From positions 128,001-192,000 of the forward strand of contig CBDCWI010000001.1 in assembly GCA_965223325.1 (NCBI GenBank): a stretch of DNA of 64,000 nucleotides, given 5' to 3'. The notes beneath the pieces are model-generated. The model saw only the letters and a list, made by a program, of their open reading frames with translations, was not told the origin of the DNA and did not search any database. How positions within the stretch are numbered: position 1 is the first letter of the stretch; each line of letters opens with the position of its first letter. Shown here piece after piece: positions 1 to 10,348 of this stretch. The DNA comes from Candidatus Multivoradales bacterium. GTDB lineage: Bacteria > Acidobacteriota > Thermoanaerobaculia > Multivoradales > Multivoraceae. Made by a program: the position numbers and the translations under genes.

Positions 1-308
1 GGGGCAAGAAGAAGCGCGGCCAGACCAGCGTGCCACCCTTCGCGCCCGGGGTCGAGTTTGCCGACGGACGACACCCCGAAACCGATCTGGCTGCGGTGCG
101 GGTGCGCAAGGTCGAACCACAGGGTCCCGCTGATCGCGCCGGCATCAGGCCGGGGGACTTCATCCTGCGCTTCGAAGGTGCCCCCATCAACAGCGCCACC
201 GAGCTCGCACGATTGTTTCGCGCCATCGTTCCTGGTGCGACGGTGTCGATCGATCTCTACCGCGGCAACACCGCAACGCGAGTCGAGATCTCGCGCGCCG
301 CGCGCTAG
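1..308 (+). CDS. C-terminal PDZ-domain fragment (5' end probably outside window)
   Basis: VRKVEPQGPADRAGIRPGDFILRFEGAPI is a PDZ signature; stop TAG at 306-308. Confidence 0.7.
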   Translation, partial: GKKKRGQTSVPPFAPGVEFADGRHPETDLAAVRVRKVEPQGPADRAGIRPGDFILRFEGAPINSATELARLFRAIVPGATVSIDLYRGNTATRVEISRAAR

Positions 309-1594
309 CGCGTCTCGACCCCTCGCTCAGCCAACGCCTCGACATAGGCTCGACGGTAGCGCCCGGCGATGTGGGTCCAGGTGAGCTCGGAGACTGCCCG
401 CGCCCGCCCATTGGCACCTTGTTCCCGACTGCGCTGGCGGTCGTTGAGGAGTGGCACGATGGCTTCGACCAGGGCACGTTGATCGCGCTCTGGAACCAGG
501 CGGCCGTTCACCCCATCCTCAATGGCCAGGGGAATACCACTGATGCCGCTGGCCACGACCGGCAGACCGCTGGCCATCGCCTCGAGAATCACGTTGGGGA
601 GGCCATCGACATTGCCCGCCTGATCGTGCACGGCGGGCAGAACGAAAACGTTACTCCCGCGGTAGAGGTCTGGTAGGACGTCGCGCTCGACCATGCCGGG
701 GAAATGGACACGATCGGCGTCCTTGGCCGTCGCCCGGCGAAGCTCCTCGAGCAGGTCTCCCCCGCCCGCAAGCACCACATGCGCCTGGGGACTCTGCGCG
801 AGAATCTCGGGGAGCGCGCCAGCGAGCACATCGAAGCCCTTCTTGGCCGCCATTCTGCCCACCGTCAGAAGGACCGGCGCCTGGTCGTCGATCCCGAGCT
901 GCCTTCGCCAGTTGCAGTGCGGAGGGGTCCCGGGCGAGGAGGGGCTGAAGGTCTCGATGTCGACCCCGTACGGAATCACCCGGTCGATCCGGTCACCGGT
1001 CTCCTGGGCGAGAGCCGCGACCCGTTCGACCAGTTCTGGCGAGCAACCGGTCATCAGGGCACACCGACCGAGGGTTCGCGCCACGACGCTTCGAACACCC
1101 ACCCGCTCCGCCAGGAACACATCACTACCGTGCAGACCCACTGCCAGGGTCGGGCGCTCGGCAGCGCGTCGACCGAGGAGCGCCGCGACGGCGACCGGGC
1201 CGTTGGGCACCACCCAGTGCGCATGCACCAGGTCGACCGGGCGCTTCTCCTGCTGGCGTTCGGTGAGGAGGGCGCGTAAGGCGCAAGCGCCAGCCAGCCC
1301 GTAGAGCGGCGCCACCATGCCGGCGAGCGGCCGCACCGAAACGTCGGCGGCCAGACTGCGACCGTAGCCGAGGGTCTCGTAGCGTTCGGGGGCATAGCGA
1401 AAGGTACGCACCTCGATGCCGTACTCTTGCCAACGCGGCTCCAGGCCCGTGGTATGCGGTGCCAGCACGGTCACTCGGTCTCCGGCTGCAACCAGCGCGC
1501 GCGCCAGGTCGCGAATGAAGGGACCGGCGGTGTCCTCGGCATAGCGCGGCCAGGTCTGAGTCAAGAAGACCAGCTCGAGCGAGCCCCGAGGCAT
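305..1594 (-). CDS. Glycosyltransferase family 4 (GT-B)
   Basis: HAHW, GRMAAKKG and DGLPNVILEAMASGLPVV motifs; start trimmed to MPRGSLELVF. Confidence 0.9.
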   Translation of the reverse strand: MPRGSLELVFLTQTWPRYAEDTAGPFIRDLARALVAAGDRVTVLAPHTTGLEPRWQEYGIEVRTFRYAPERYETLGYGRSLAADVSVRPLAGMVAPLYGLAGACALRALLTERQQEKRPVDLVHAHWVVPNGPVAVAALLGRRAAERPTLAVGLHGSDVFLAERVGVRSVVARTLGRCALMTGCSPELVERVAALAQETGDRIDRVIPYGVDIETFSPSSPGTPPHCNWRRQLGIDDQAPVLLTVGRMAAKKGFDVLAGALPEILAQSPQAHVVLAGGGDLLEELRRATAKDADRVHFPGMVERDVLPDLYRGSNVFVLPAVHDQAGNVDGLPNVILEAMASGLPVVASGISGIPLAIEDGVNGRLVPERDQRALVEAIVPLLNDRQRSREQGANGRARAVSELTWTHIAGRYRRAYVEALAERGVETR

Positions 1595-1617
1595 CGAAGT
1601 GGAGTCCCGCTCCCGGT

Positions 1618-2730
1618 TCAGTCGAGCCACTCGCGAACAGAGTAGCTGTCGCGACGGCGGAAGCTCTTGAAGGTGATCATCTCGCCGATCAGACCGGTGC
1701 TCAGGAGCTGCAGGCCGAGCAGGATCATCAATACGCCAAGTAGGAGGAGTGGGCGTCGCGACAGGGGTTCGCCATGCATCCAGAGCCAGGTCAACCACAG
1801 GCAGATCAAGGTCCCGCCCGCAATGCTGAGCACCCCGACCGGCCCAAAGAGGTGCAGCGGACGGCGGGTGTAGCGGGTCAAGAAGAGGACCGTGATCAAG
1901 TCGAGCGGCCCTTTGAAGGCGCGGTCCCATCCGTACTTGCTGACCCCATGGCGGCGGGCGTGATGTTTGACCGCCAGCTCACCGACACGAAAGCCCTGCC
2001 GAGAAGCCAGAACCGGTATGTAGCGGTGCAGGTCGCCGTACACTGCGACGTCATCGACGACCGCCCGGCGGTAGGCCTTGAAGCCACAGTTGAAGTCGTG
2101 AAGGTCGACCCGCGCCAGTCGACGAGTCGCCCAGTTGAAGAGCCGTGATGGGAGCTTCTTGCCGAGCAGCGGATCGCGCCGGTGTTGCTTCCAGCCTGAA
2201 ACCAGATCGTACTGGTCTCCTTCGAGCATCTCGAGAAAACGCGGAATCTCCGCCGGGTCGTCCTGGAGGTCACCGTCCATGGTGATGACGATCTCACCGC
2301 TGGTCATCTCGAACCCCGCCGAGAGCGCCGCCGCCTTCCCGAAGTTTCGGCGCAGGCAGAGGAGTTTGACCCGCGGATCGCTCTCATGCGCGGCACGGAT
2401 GCGTGCCGAGGTGGCGTCACGCGAGCCGTCGTCGACAAACACGATCTCGAAGCGCACACCTTCCTCGTCGAGAACTGCCGCGACGGCGCGAGCGAGTTCC
2501 AGGACGGTGTCCTGCTCGTCGAGCACTGGCACGACGACCGAGACGTCGAGCGGCGCCGCTGCGGATCCCTGCCCTACCTCGTGCTCACCAGGAACACGTT
2601 CCGTCTTCAAGGTGGTGGCGGGCGCTGCACGCGAAGAGCCTCTGCCACTGGGGAACGCGGCGCCAGGAGACGGGGACGAAGGCGACGACCGGGTAGCCGG
2701 ATCGCCGTCCTGTGCTTCGGTGACTGGCAT
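1618..2730 (-). CDS. Glycosyltransferase family 2 (ArnC/polyprenol-phosphate type)
   Basis: SVVVPVLDE, FVDDGSRD, RNFGKAAAL, MDGDLQDDP and DFNCGFKAY motifs; two C-terminal TM helices; start uncertain. Confidence 0.9.
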   Translation of the reverse strand: MPVTEAQDGDPATRSSPSSPSPGAAFPSGRGSSRAAPATTLKTERVPGEHEVGQGSAAAPLDVSVVVPVLDEQDTVLELARAVAAVLDEEGVRFEIVFVDDGSRDATSARIRAAHESDPRVKLLCLRRNFGKAAALSAGFEMTSGEIVITMDGDLQDDPAEIPRFLEMLEGDQYDLVSGWKQHRRDPLLGKKLPSRLFNWATRRLARVDLHDFNCGFKAYRRAVVDDVAVYGDLHRYIPVLASRQGFRVGELAVKHHARRHGVSKYGWDRAFKGPLDLITVLFLTRYTRRPLHLFGPVGVLSIAGGTLICLWLTWLWMHGEPLSRRPLLLLGVLMILLGLQLLSTGLIGEMITFKSFRRRDSYSVREWLD

Positions 2731-2826
2731 GGTAAAAAGCTCCACTCGAAGTCTATCTCCATCCACGGTGGCCGGCACGTTGACCTGTTGCCGCCCAACG
2801 GGAGCCCGATCGGGATGCGATCGGGC

Positions 2827-4467
2827 TCACGACATCAGGCGGTGATAAGAGCTCGCCGTCGAGGTCATCGGCTCAACGCCCAGCTCGTGCGCGAGCACAC
2901 CGCGTAGGCGCTCGTACTGTTTGCGCACCAGGTCGCGGCGCCCCCGGTCGGCGTAGATCCGCATGATCGCCAGATGCACGACCTCCTGAATGGGATCGGC
3001 GCTCAACACCGAGCGGAAGGCGTCTTCGGCCTCAGTCAGGCGACCCTCGGCAAAGTACGCCTCCCCCAGGCCGCGCAGGGTGTCGAGGTAGAGGCGCTGT
3101 AAATCGTCGCGGCGTTCCTCGATCCAGCGCCCTTCGAAACCCTGAAGGAAGGGTCCGGAGTAGGAACGCCAGGCGTTCTCCCAGGCTTCGAGGTCGGGCG
3201 TCGAACCGGCGACATCGAGGCCTTCGATCGGCCGCCCGAGCAACGCCGCGCGCTCGAATTCGAGCACGTCGATTCGCCAGTCGACCTCCGGGTTGAGCCG
3301 GTAGACACCCGAGCGCAGGATGACGGTGGGCTCGGTCTTCGAAAGGGTCTTACGCAGCAGGCTGACCGTCGGGTGAAGGTTCTTCTTGATCTCACTGGCC
3401 GACGCTCCCGCCCAGAGAGCCTCGATCAACTCGTCGCGTCCCGCCGCCAGACCGGGACGTGAGGCCAGAAAGGCGAGCATCAAGAACGAGCGCTCGAGCG
3501 GCCACTTCAAATCGATGCGGTCACTCCCCTCGATCCGCCAGAGCGCTGGCGTACCGAGCAGCTTGAGCCGGAAGGCCAGGCGCCCCTGTCGCTCCTCGAG
3601 GCTGGGCGCGGACCGCGTTCTCTGGCGAGGTGCCTCCATAGCCCCCTCGCCGGCGGCTCCGCGACCGCCGACCGACTGTTGGCGTTCCGCCAGGGCCAGG
3701 GCGGAGACCACAGGACGTGGCAGCCGCAGTCCATCGCGATCGTGGATGACCAGCTCACGATCGCTCACGACGGTCGGTAGGCGACCGACCAGGTCACCGC
3801 TGAGCCAGGTGGGCTGGCGCGGTTCCTGTCCGCGCACGGTCGCCTCCGACACCGCCCGCCTCAAGACGTCGACTTCGGCCGGCGGAAACTCCGACAGGAC
3901 CTCGAGCTCAATGAACGCGGCGACTGCCGCACGCCGGAGAACCCGGTCGTTCTGGTATTCGAGCAAGATCTCGAGCACCCGGTACCAGCCGTCACTCGCC
4001 TCACCGAGGGCAACGGCATCGTCAACACTGAGGGGCGGATCGACGAGGTGACGGATCTCGTTCGCCGAGAGCAGAAACTCGAAGGGTGAAACTCCAACGG
4101 CCCCGAGCCCTGTGCGTTGCGCGTCGGCGAAGGCGCGCGCCGAGGCGCTTGCGACGAGGAGCGTTTGATGCGGACTGAGCTCTCGAACCGACGCCTGCCA
4201 GCGCTCCGGCGCCACCCCGTCGGCGACCAGCCAACGCGGCGCCAGATCGCCGGTGTAGGCCCGCAGGCGCTCAGGAGCCTCCTGATCGAAGTCTGCCGGG
4301 CGCAGACCCTGAACGCCCCCGCCGCCCTCCTGGGCCAGCCAGGCGAGAAACCGCCGGGCGCCGCTGCCCGGCCAACCGCGCAGCACGATGAGGGGTGCCG
4401 AGAGGCCCTCGAGACGGGCCCGGAGACGGGAGAAGTACGGGAGTTCCAGAGACGCAGACATCGGCAC
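2827..4467 (-). CDS. SARP/BTAD-domain transcriptional activator with degenerate MalT-like N-terminus
   Basis: LKLLG, LAFLA, RDELIEALW, YRLNP, IDVLEF, YSGPFL, DPIQE and ELGVEP match winged-helix plus BTAD. Confidence 0.8.
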   Translation of the reverse strand: MPMSASLELPYFSRLRARLEGLSAPLIVLRGWPGSGARRFLAWLAQEGGGGVQGLRPADFDQEAPERLRAYTGDLAPRWLVADGVAPERWQASVRELSPHQTLLVASASARAFADAQRTGLGAVGVSPFEFLLSANEIRHLVDPPLSVDDAVALGEASDGWYRVLEILLEYQNDRVLRRAAVAAFIELEVLSEFPPAEVDVLRRAVSEATVRGQEPRQPTWLSGDLVGRLPTVVSDRELVIHDRDGLRLPRPVVSALALAERQQSVGGRGAAGEGAMEAPRQRTRSAPSLEERQGRLAFRLKLLGTPALWRIEGSDRIDLKWPLERSFLMLAFLASRPGLAAGRDELIEALWAGASASEIKKNLHPTVSLLRKTLSKTEPTVILRSGVYRLNPEVDWRIDVLEFERAALLGRPIEGLDVAGSTPDLEAWENAWRSYSGPFLQGFEGRWIEERRDDLQRLYLDTLRGLGEAYFAEGRLTEAEDAFRSVLSADPIQEVVHLAIMRIYADRGRRDLVRKQYERLRGVLAHELGVEPMTSTASSYHRLMS

Positions 4468-4529
4468 AAAGGGAGCGGGTGGAGAGACTCGCGGGAGGGG
4501 GCCTCGGTGGGAACCCGCCCATGGAGCAG

Positions 4530-4578
4530 TTCAAGAATACTTCAGGGATTCTTCAGGAATCCATTCCTCAAGCATAAT
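4530..4578 (+). promoter_or_regulatory. Three 11-bp-phased direct repeats followed by a -10-like CATAAT
   Basis: TTCAAGAATAC/TTCAGGGATTC/TTCAGGAATCC at 4530-4562; CATAAT at 4573-4578, 6 nt before GTG 4585. Confidence 0.45.
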
Positions 4579-4584
4579 CCCCCG

Positions 4585-5379
4585 GTGACCGATCCCGTCC
4601 CCACTGGTTTCCAGATCCCGGCCTACTGGAGCTCCGCCCACTCACCAGACAGGGCGGGGGCCCAGCGACGGCCTCCCGGACGCCGAGAGGCCCTCATTCT
4701 CGCCGTTGGGCTGCTGCTGCCCCCCCTGGGAGCCTTCTTCTATTTCGTGGTTCTCGATGGCAGCTCGTGGTCTGGACTGGCCTATGCCGCCTCGAAGTGC
4801 CTCCAGTTCGCCCTTCCCCTGTTGATTCTCGGCTCACTCCTCGGCGACCGCCCTTCGTCACGACTCGAGCGTCGGCCGTCGATCGGTACGGGCCTGGCAG
4901 TCGGACTCCTCCTCGGCCTGCCGCTCATTCTGTTCTACGAGACCATGCTGCGCGGCGGCACCCTGGCGAGCCGCGTTGGCGACATGGTGCTCCTGAAGAT
5001 GGACGACTTCCGCGTGACCGAGCCGCTCCCCTATCTCCTCATGTCGCTCTTTCTGAGCTTTCTGCACTCGGGCCTCGAGGAGTACTACTGGCGGTTCTTC
5101 GTCTACGGTCGCCTGCGTCGCTTCGTACGCTGTGTGCCGGCCATCATGATCGCCTCGGCCGGCTTCACCTCGCACCACCTGCTGGTGATGGCGGCCTACA
5201 CCAAGGGCGGAGGCAGCGGGTGGTTCGCCCTCCTCGCCGGAACGATCGCCGTCTTCCTGGCGGGTGCGCTCTGGTGTTGGCTCTACGAACGCACCGGCAA
5301 CCTGTGGGCGGCCTGGATCAGCCACGTGATCGCCGACCTCGCCCTGATGACCCTCGGCGCGCGCTTGCTCTGGGGCTAG
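4585..5379 (+). CDS. CPBP family intramembrane metalloprotease (CAAX/Abi)
   Basis: EEYYWR, FTSHH and SHVIAD motifs; multiple TM segments; start uncertain. Confidence 0.85.
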   Translation: MTDPVPTGFQIPAYWSSAHSPDRAGAQRRPPGRREALILAVGLLLPPLGAFFYFVVLDGSSWSGLAYAASKCLQFALPLLILGSLLGDRPSSRLERRPSIGTGLAVGLLLGLPLILFYETMLRGGTLASRVGDMVLLKMDDFRVTEPLPYLLMSLFLSFLHSGLEEYYWRFFVYGRLRRFVRCVPAIMIASAGFTSHHLLVMAAYTKGGGSGWFALLAGTIAVFLAGALWCWLYERTGNLWAAWISHVIADLALMTLGARLLWG

Positions 5380-5524
5380 TCGTCCGGCGGATTCGCTCGG
5401 CTCTCACCGGCGAGAAGCGCCCGTGCCTCGAAAAAGCCGCGCCAGCCGACGACCACCGCCAGGGCCGCAAACGCGCCCACGGTGAGAACCAGAAACGCTG
5501 TCCAGAAAGTCAGCCAGGCGGTGC

Positions 5525-7060
5525 TCATGACGCCTCCTCACACCGGTCTGGAAAGAGCAGCGACCCGAGGACCATCAGGCCGGTCGAGAGTGCCACCGCA
5601 GCCAGACCGGTGAGCTCGCCGCTCAACGGAACGCCCAGGCTGGCCGCAAGCCAGTCGGCGCCTAGTGCGCGGGCAACCGGAGGCAAGCCGAGCACTGCAA
5701 CGCCTCCCGAGGCAAGCGCCAGCCACGCTCCCATCGTGCTGGCGCGCCGCCAATAGAGCCCGAGGGCGAGAAGCGCGAAGGCCCCGGTGAAATAGATCGC
5801 CCCGGTGATCGCCATGTAGTCCCAGAGGTCCTGTTCGAGCGGATACCAGAGACTCCAGAGTAGGAGAAAGACCCCGGTCACCACCACCAGGGTGCGGGTC
5901 GTGCGCATGCGCGCCTCCTGCGTCATCCGATCCCCCAGCACGGGCGCGATGACGTCCTGGGTGAGGACCGAGGACCAACACAGCAAATAGCTGTCATGGG
6001 TCGACATGAAGGCCGCCAGCATGCCCGCCCCGACCAGGCCGAGGATGCCGGTGGGCAAGACGGCTCCAAGGAACCTGGGCATCGCGAGCAAGGTGTTGTC
6101 CGAGGAATCGAGGCCACCGGCGGCGTCGAAGACCGCCAGGACCCCGGGGTTCTGGAAGATCCACGCCAGCGCACAGAGACCGAGGAGATTGGGCAGTAGA
6201 AAACGCACCATGAAACCGAGAGACGAGAAGACGTAGAGCTTTCGCACCACGGCTTCACTCTCGGCCGAGAGTGCCCGTAGCACCGCCGGCTGCCAGACCG
6301 CACACGACACGATGCCGGCGGTGAACACCATCCAAACGATGTACCAGGGCCCGAAGCCGGCGGTGTCGGTCGGGTCGAAGCCGGCGGCTCCGTGCACCGA
6401 TTGCACGGTCTCGACGATGCCGCTCCAGCTGACCTCTCGGATGCCGAACCAACAGGCGACGAGCATGCCAATCGACAGCACGACGAACTGCACGTAGTCG
6501 GTCAGGACCACCGCCATCATGCCGCCCAGCACGACGTAGACCAGAACGAGGACCAGGAGAACCGACATGATGAGCTTGAGCTCAGTATCCGACGTCATGC
6601 CGGTCACCCCGGTCACGAAGAGCGAGCCGGCGCGCAGAAAGAGCCCCATGTTGAGGATTCCCGACAGGGCGAGAACCAGGCCGCCGGCGATCCGCAGGCG
6701 CCGCGAGAAGCGCCGCTCGTAGAACTCCGGAATCGTCATCACGCCGAGCCGCCGAAGCGGCACCACCAGAAACCCGGTCAGACCAATGAAGAGTGCGGTG
6801 AACCCGGCTACCAACGGAATGTGGAATGCCGCGAAACCACCCGTCAGGCCCTTCTGAGCGGAGAACATGACGGTCACCAGCCCGAGCTCGCCACCGACCA
6901 TCGAGGCGATCGAGAGTGCCGAGCCAAGCCGCCTTCCGGCGACGACGAAGTCGGCCATGTCGTGGACGAGGCGCTGCACCCACACCGAAAGCGCCAGGGT
7001 GCAGAGCAGGTAGACGACGACGACCGCCCAGTCGAGGCTGGTCCAGTTCGAGGCGATCAA
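5525..7060 (-). CDS. Sodium:solute symporter family protein
   Basis: DFVVAGRRL, TIPEFYERRF, GGMMAVVLTDYVQF and AAFMST motifs; many TM helices. Confidence 0.9.
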   Translation of the reverse strand: MIASNWTSLDWAVVVVYLLCTLALSVWVQRLVHDMADFVVAGRRLGSALSIASMVGGELGLVTVMFSAQKGLTGGFAAFHIPLVAGFTALFIGLTGFLVVPLRRLGVMTIPEFYERRFSRRLRIAGGLVLALSGILNMGLFLRAGSLFVTGVTGMTSDTELKLIMSVLLVLVLVYVVLGGMMAVVLTDYVQFVVLSIGMLVACWFGIREVSWSGIVETVQSVHGAAGFDPTDTAGFGPWYIVWMVFTAGIVSCAVWQPAVLRALSAESEAVVRKLYVFSSLGFMVRFLLPNLLGLCALAWIFQNPGVLAVFDAAGGLDSSDNTLLAMPRFLGAVLPTGILGLVGAGMLAAFMSTHDSYLLCWSSVLTQDVIAPVLGDRMTQEARMRTTRTLVVVTGVFLLLWSLWYPLEQDLWDYMAITGAIYFTGAFALLALGLYWRRASTMGAWLALASGGVAVLGLPPVARALGADWLAASLGVPLSGELTGLAAVALSTGLMVLGSLLFPDRCEEAS

Positions 7061-7872
7061 CGGGCCGTGAGCTCGTCCGATGGTCGCTCAGAAGGGCGGG
7101 ACGCCTCCTTCAACCGGTCGCGCACCACCTGCATGTCTTCCCAGGTCGGGCGTTTGTAGCCGGCGTTACGCAGCAAAGCGGCGGGGTGGTAGGTCACCCG
7201 GGTATCGACGCCCTGGACGACGAACCACTCGCCGCGCAGCTTGCCGAGCGAGCGGTTCTCCGACAGGAGAGTCTGCGCCGCAACGCGGCCGAGCGCGACA
7301 ATTACCCGTGGCTCGACCAGCGCGATCTGCCTTTCGAGATAGCCCCGGCAAGCGATGACCTCGTCGGTTTCGGGATCGCGGTTGCCGGGCGGGCGGCACT
7401 TGACGATGTTGGCGATGTAGCAGTCCTCGCGTTCGAAACCGATGGCGGCGATGATCTTGCTCAACAACTCGCCGGCAGCCCCGACAAACGGCAGACCCTG
7501 GCGATCTTCGTTGGCGCCCGGCCCTTCGCCGATGAACATCAGGTCGGCGTTGGGGTTGCCCGAGCCGAAGACCACCTTGTTGCGGGTCTCCGAGAGCTTG
7601 CAGCCCACACACTTCGCCGCCTCGTCTGCCAGCAGGGCGAGAGTGGAGGCGCGTTCCCGGGCCGACCCATCGGGCGCCTCCCCAGCTCTGGCATCCCTTG
7701 CGATAGCAGCCTTCGAGGCGGAACCGTTCGCCGCCGGCCGCGCTTCGACGGGTGGCGCCTCACCGGGGGTTTCGGCGGCTGCCACCGATTGGGCGCCGTT
7801 TCGGTACACCTCGTTCCAGCCCAGGCCGTTCAGGTACTCGAGCAGGGCTCGAGTGTCAGAATCGATCGTCAC
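7057..7872 (-). CDS. Uracil-DNA glycosylase family 4
   Basis: CVGC, GEGPGANED, PFVG, NIVKCRPPGNR and TYHPAALLR motifs. Confidence 0.93.
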   Translation of the reverse strand: MTIDSDTRALLEYLNGLGWNEVYRNGAQSVAAAETPGEAPPVEARPAANGSASKAAIARDARAGEAPDGSARERASTLALLADEAAKCVGCKLSETRNKVVFGSGNPNADLMFIGEGPGANEDRQGLPFVGAAGELLSKIIAAIGFEREDCYIANIVKCRPPGNRDPETDEVIACRGYLERQIALVEPRVIVALGRVAAQTLLSENRSLGKLRGEWFVVQGVDTRVTYHPAALLRNAGYKRPTWEDMQVVRDRLKEASRPSERPSDELTAR

Positions 7873-7896
7873 GATGGCGCCAGTGTAGTGGGCGGC

Positions 7897-9165
7897 TCAG
7901 GAAGTCGTCTCGGCGAGGGACAGCCGCGCCTCGAAGAGATCGAAAAGATCTCCTGCTAGAACGTTCTTCGGGCGCCGGTCGAAGGCCGCGACCTCCCCGT
8001 CGCGATCGAACACCCGCACCGCGTTGTGCACCGAACCGAAGCCGATCAGAGGATCAGAAACATCGTTGGCAACGATCAGGTCGACGTTCTTCCTTGCGAC
8101 CTTGGCCTGTGCATACTCCTCCAACTTCTCGGTTTCGGCAGCAAAACCGACACGCAGAGCATGCGGTGCGACCTCGTGGAGGCCGGCGAGAATGTCGGGG
8201 TTTTCAACCAGCTCGAGAGTCAGGCGCTTCTCTCCGGCGGCCCCTTCGAGATCCTGTTTCTTGACCTTCTGACGCGAGCGCTCACCAGGGCGAAAGTCCG
8301 CGACCGCCGCGGTGAGAACCACCAGGTCCGCGTCGCCGACCCGCGCGTAGACCGCGTCGCGCATCTCGACTGCGGTCTCGACATCGATGCAAAGAACGCC
8401 CGGTGGGGCCGAGAGTGCCACCGGGCCGCTCACCAGGACGACCCGCGCCCCACGCCGAGCTGCCTCTCTGGCCAGGGCGTACCCCATGCGACCCGTCGAA
8501 CGGTTGCTGACATAGCGCACTGGATCGACCGGCTCACGCGTCGGCCCGGCGTTGATGACCACCAGGCGACCCGCCCAGGGGAGCGCGCTGTCGGTACCGG
8601 TCTGGTGGGCCACCAGGTCGGCGACGATGTCCTCGGGCTCGACCATGCGCCCCGGGCCACTCTCGCCCGACGCGAGTGCCCCCGAAACCGGCCCAACGAA
8701 GCGGGCGCCGCGACGGGTCAACGTGTCGACGTGCTCCTGCGTCGAAGCGCGGAGCCACATTCGCGGGTGCATCGCTGGCACCAGGACCAGAGGCCCGTCC
8801 CACGCCAGGAGCGTGGTGGTCAAGAAGTCGTCGCCCAGACCAAGAGCCAGACGTGCCAAGGTGTTGGTGGTAAGCGGTGCAATGACCACTACATCGGCCC
8901 AATCACCGAGCGTGATGTGAAGCTCTTCTCCCGAGCCGTTGGCCTCGAGGTACTCCTCTCCGAGGACCGCATTCCCCGACATGACCTCGAGGGTCAGCGG
9001 AGTCACGAAGCTCGTGGCATGGCGCGTCAATGCGGTCCGCACCTCGGCACCCGCCTCGCGCAAGCGACGCACCAGAGCGGGAGTCTTGGTCGCGGCGATG
9101 CCACCGCAGACGCCCAGCAGGACGCGGACGCCGGCCAGGGGTTCTATCGACGGGTCAGTTGACAC
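7897..9165 (-). CDS. coaBC: Bifunctional phosphopantothenoylcysteine decarboxylase/phosphopantothenate-cysteine ligase
   Basis: GGIAA, PAMH, AGPTREPVDPVRYVSNRSTGRMG, AAVADF and GFAAET motifs; GTG start at 9165 inferred. Confidence 0.93.
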   Translation of the reverse strand: MSTDPSIEPLAGVRVLLGVCGGIAATKTPALVRRLREAGAEVRTALTRHATSFVTPLTLEVMSGNAVLGEEYLEANGSGEELHITLGDWADVVVIAPLTTNTLARLALGLGDDFLTTTLLAWDGPLVLVPAMHPRMWLRASTQEHVDTLTRRGARFVGPVSGALASGESGPGRMVEPEDIVADLVAHQTGTDSALPWAGRLVVINAGPTREPVDPVRYVSNRSTGRMGYALAREAARRGARVVLVSGPVALSAPPGVLCIDVETAVEMRDAVYARVGDADLVVLTAAVADFRPGERSRQKVKKQDLEGAAGEKRLTLELVENPDILAGLHEVAPHALRVGFAAETEKLEEYAQAKVARKNVDLIVANDVSDPLIGFGSVHNAVRVFDRDGEVAAFDRRPKNVLAGDLFDLFEARLSLAETTS

Positions 9166-9424
9166 CCTCTTCGCCACTCTCGGCCGTGGTCTCTGCTGCC
9201 GGTGCCGCATCGGGGGCCGCATCATCTGCAGCCTCGATACCCGGTGCAGGACCGAGGTCCCAATCGACACGTTGGTCGAGAATCTCGTTCATCGCCACAC
9301 GGATCACGGTGCCGTTGTCGTTGTCGTCTTTGGGCCGTGCGCCGCGCATCATCTGCTCTGCACGAAGGGCAGAAAGAAGAACGAAGCGAAACTTACTGTC
9401 GACAATGGTTTTGATTCGATCCAT
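9155..9424 (-). CDS. rpoZ: RNA polymerase omega subunit
   Basis: DSKFRFVLLSALRAEQMMRGA; located between gmk and coaBC. Confidence 0.85.
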   Translation of the reverse strand: MDRIKTIVDSKFRFVLLSALRAEQMMRGARPKDDNDNGTVIRVAMNEILDQRVDWDLGPAPGIEAADDAAPDAAPAAETTAESGEEGVN

Positions 9425-9547
9425 GGCTGGGTTCGTGTCCTATCTAAGGGGTCTCTGGGGAAAGCTCGTCTGGGAAAGATTCGTGAACTCGAGTCTCGTC
9501 AACTCGGGGATTGTGCAGGGCGCCGCTAGAGCCGGGGCTCCTGCGCC

Positions 9548-10252
9548 TCAGTCGCCCTCACCAGGTGCCTGGTCGCTCTGAGCCTGCTGCTCGTTCTGAT
9601 GGGCGAGGGCAAAGTCTCGTAGAACGTCGTCGAGCACCGGGCGTATTCTCGCGCGACGGTGCCTCTTCTCGAGGACGATCGCTTGCAGAGCACCAGCCGC
9701 CTTGTCGGCGTCATCGTTGACAATAGCATAGTCATATCTCTCCGCTCGCTTCATCTCCCACTGCGAAATAGCCAACCGACGGGACATTTCTTTGCGGTCG
9801 TCGAGATCGCGGGCGAACAGCCGCTTGCGCAGCTCGCCGTAGCTCGGCGGCATGATGAAAATGCTGTGCCCGCTGGCCTCGAGCGGCGGCTCCCCTTCCC
9901 GTAGCAGCTGCATCACACGCTCCGCGCCCTTGACATCGATATCCATGACGACATCGATCCCGGCGTCGAGACGTGCTTCGATCTCGGCAAACGAGGTGCC
10001 GTAGGAGTTGCCGTGCACCTCGGCCCATTCGAGAAACTGCTCCTCGGCGATCATGCGCTCGAATTGCTCCTCCGAGACGAAGTGATACTCGCGGCCATCG
10101 ACCTCGCCCGCACGCGGCGCGCGCGTCGTATGGCTGACCGAAAACTCGATCGACCCAATCGAGCCCAGCCCACCCTCGAGCAGACTTCGGATCAGCGTCG
10201 TCTTTCCCGCCCCCGAGGGTGCGGAAAGGATAAAGAGTTCGCCGCGGCTCAT
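9548..10252 (-). CDS. gmk: Guanylate kinase
   Basis: SAPSGAGKTT, SVSHTTRAPRAGEVDGREYHF and EWAEVHGNSYGT. Confidence 0.95.
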   Translation of the reverse strand: MSRGELFILSAPSGAGKTTLIRSLLEGGLGSIGSIEFSVSHTTRAPRAGEVDGREYHFVSEEQFERMIAEEQFLEWAEVHGNSYGTSFAEIEARLDAGIDVVMDIDVKGAERVMQLLREGEPPLEASGHSIFIMPPSYGELRKRLFARDLDDRKEMSRRLAISQWEMKRAERYDYAIVNDDADKAAGALQAIVLEKRHRRARIRPVLDDVLRDFALAHQNEQQAQSDQAPGEGD

Positions 10253-10348
10253 CGATCGCATCTTAGACCAGCCAGCGAGGCGCAAGCGGGGTCGCTCGAG
10301 CACGCTTCCCTTGGGGACTTGCTGAGAAACTCTCGTCGGGCTGCGTTT

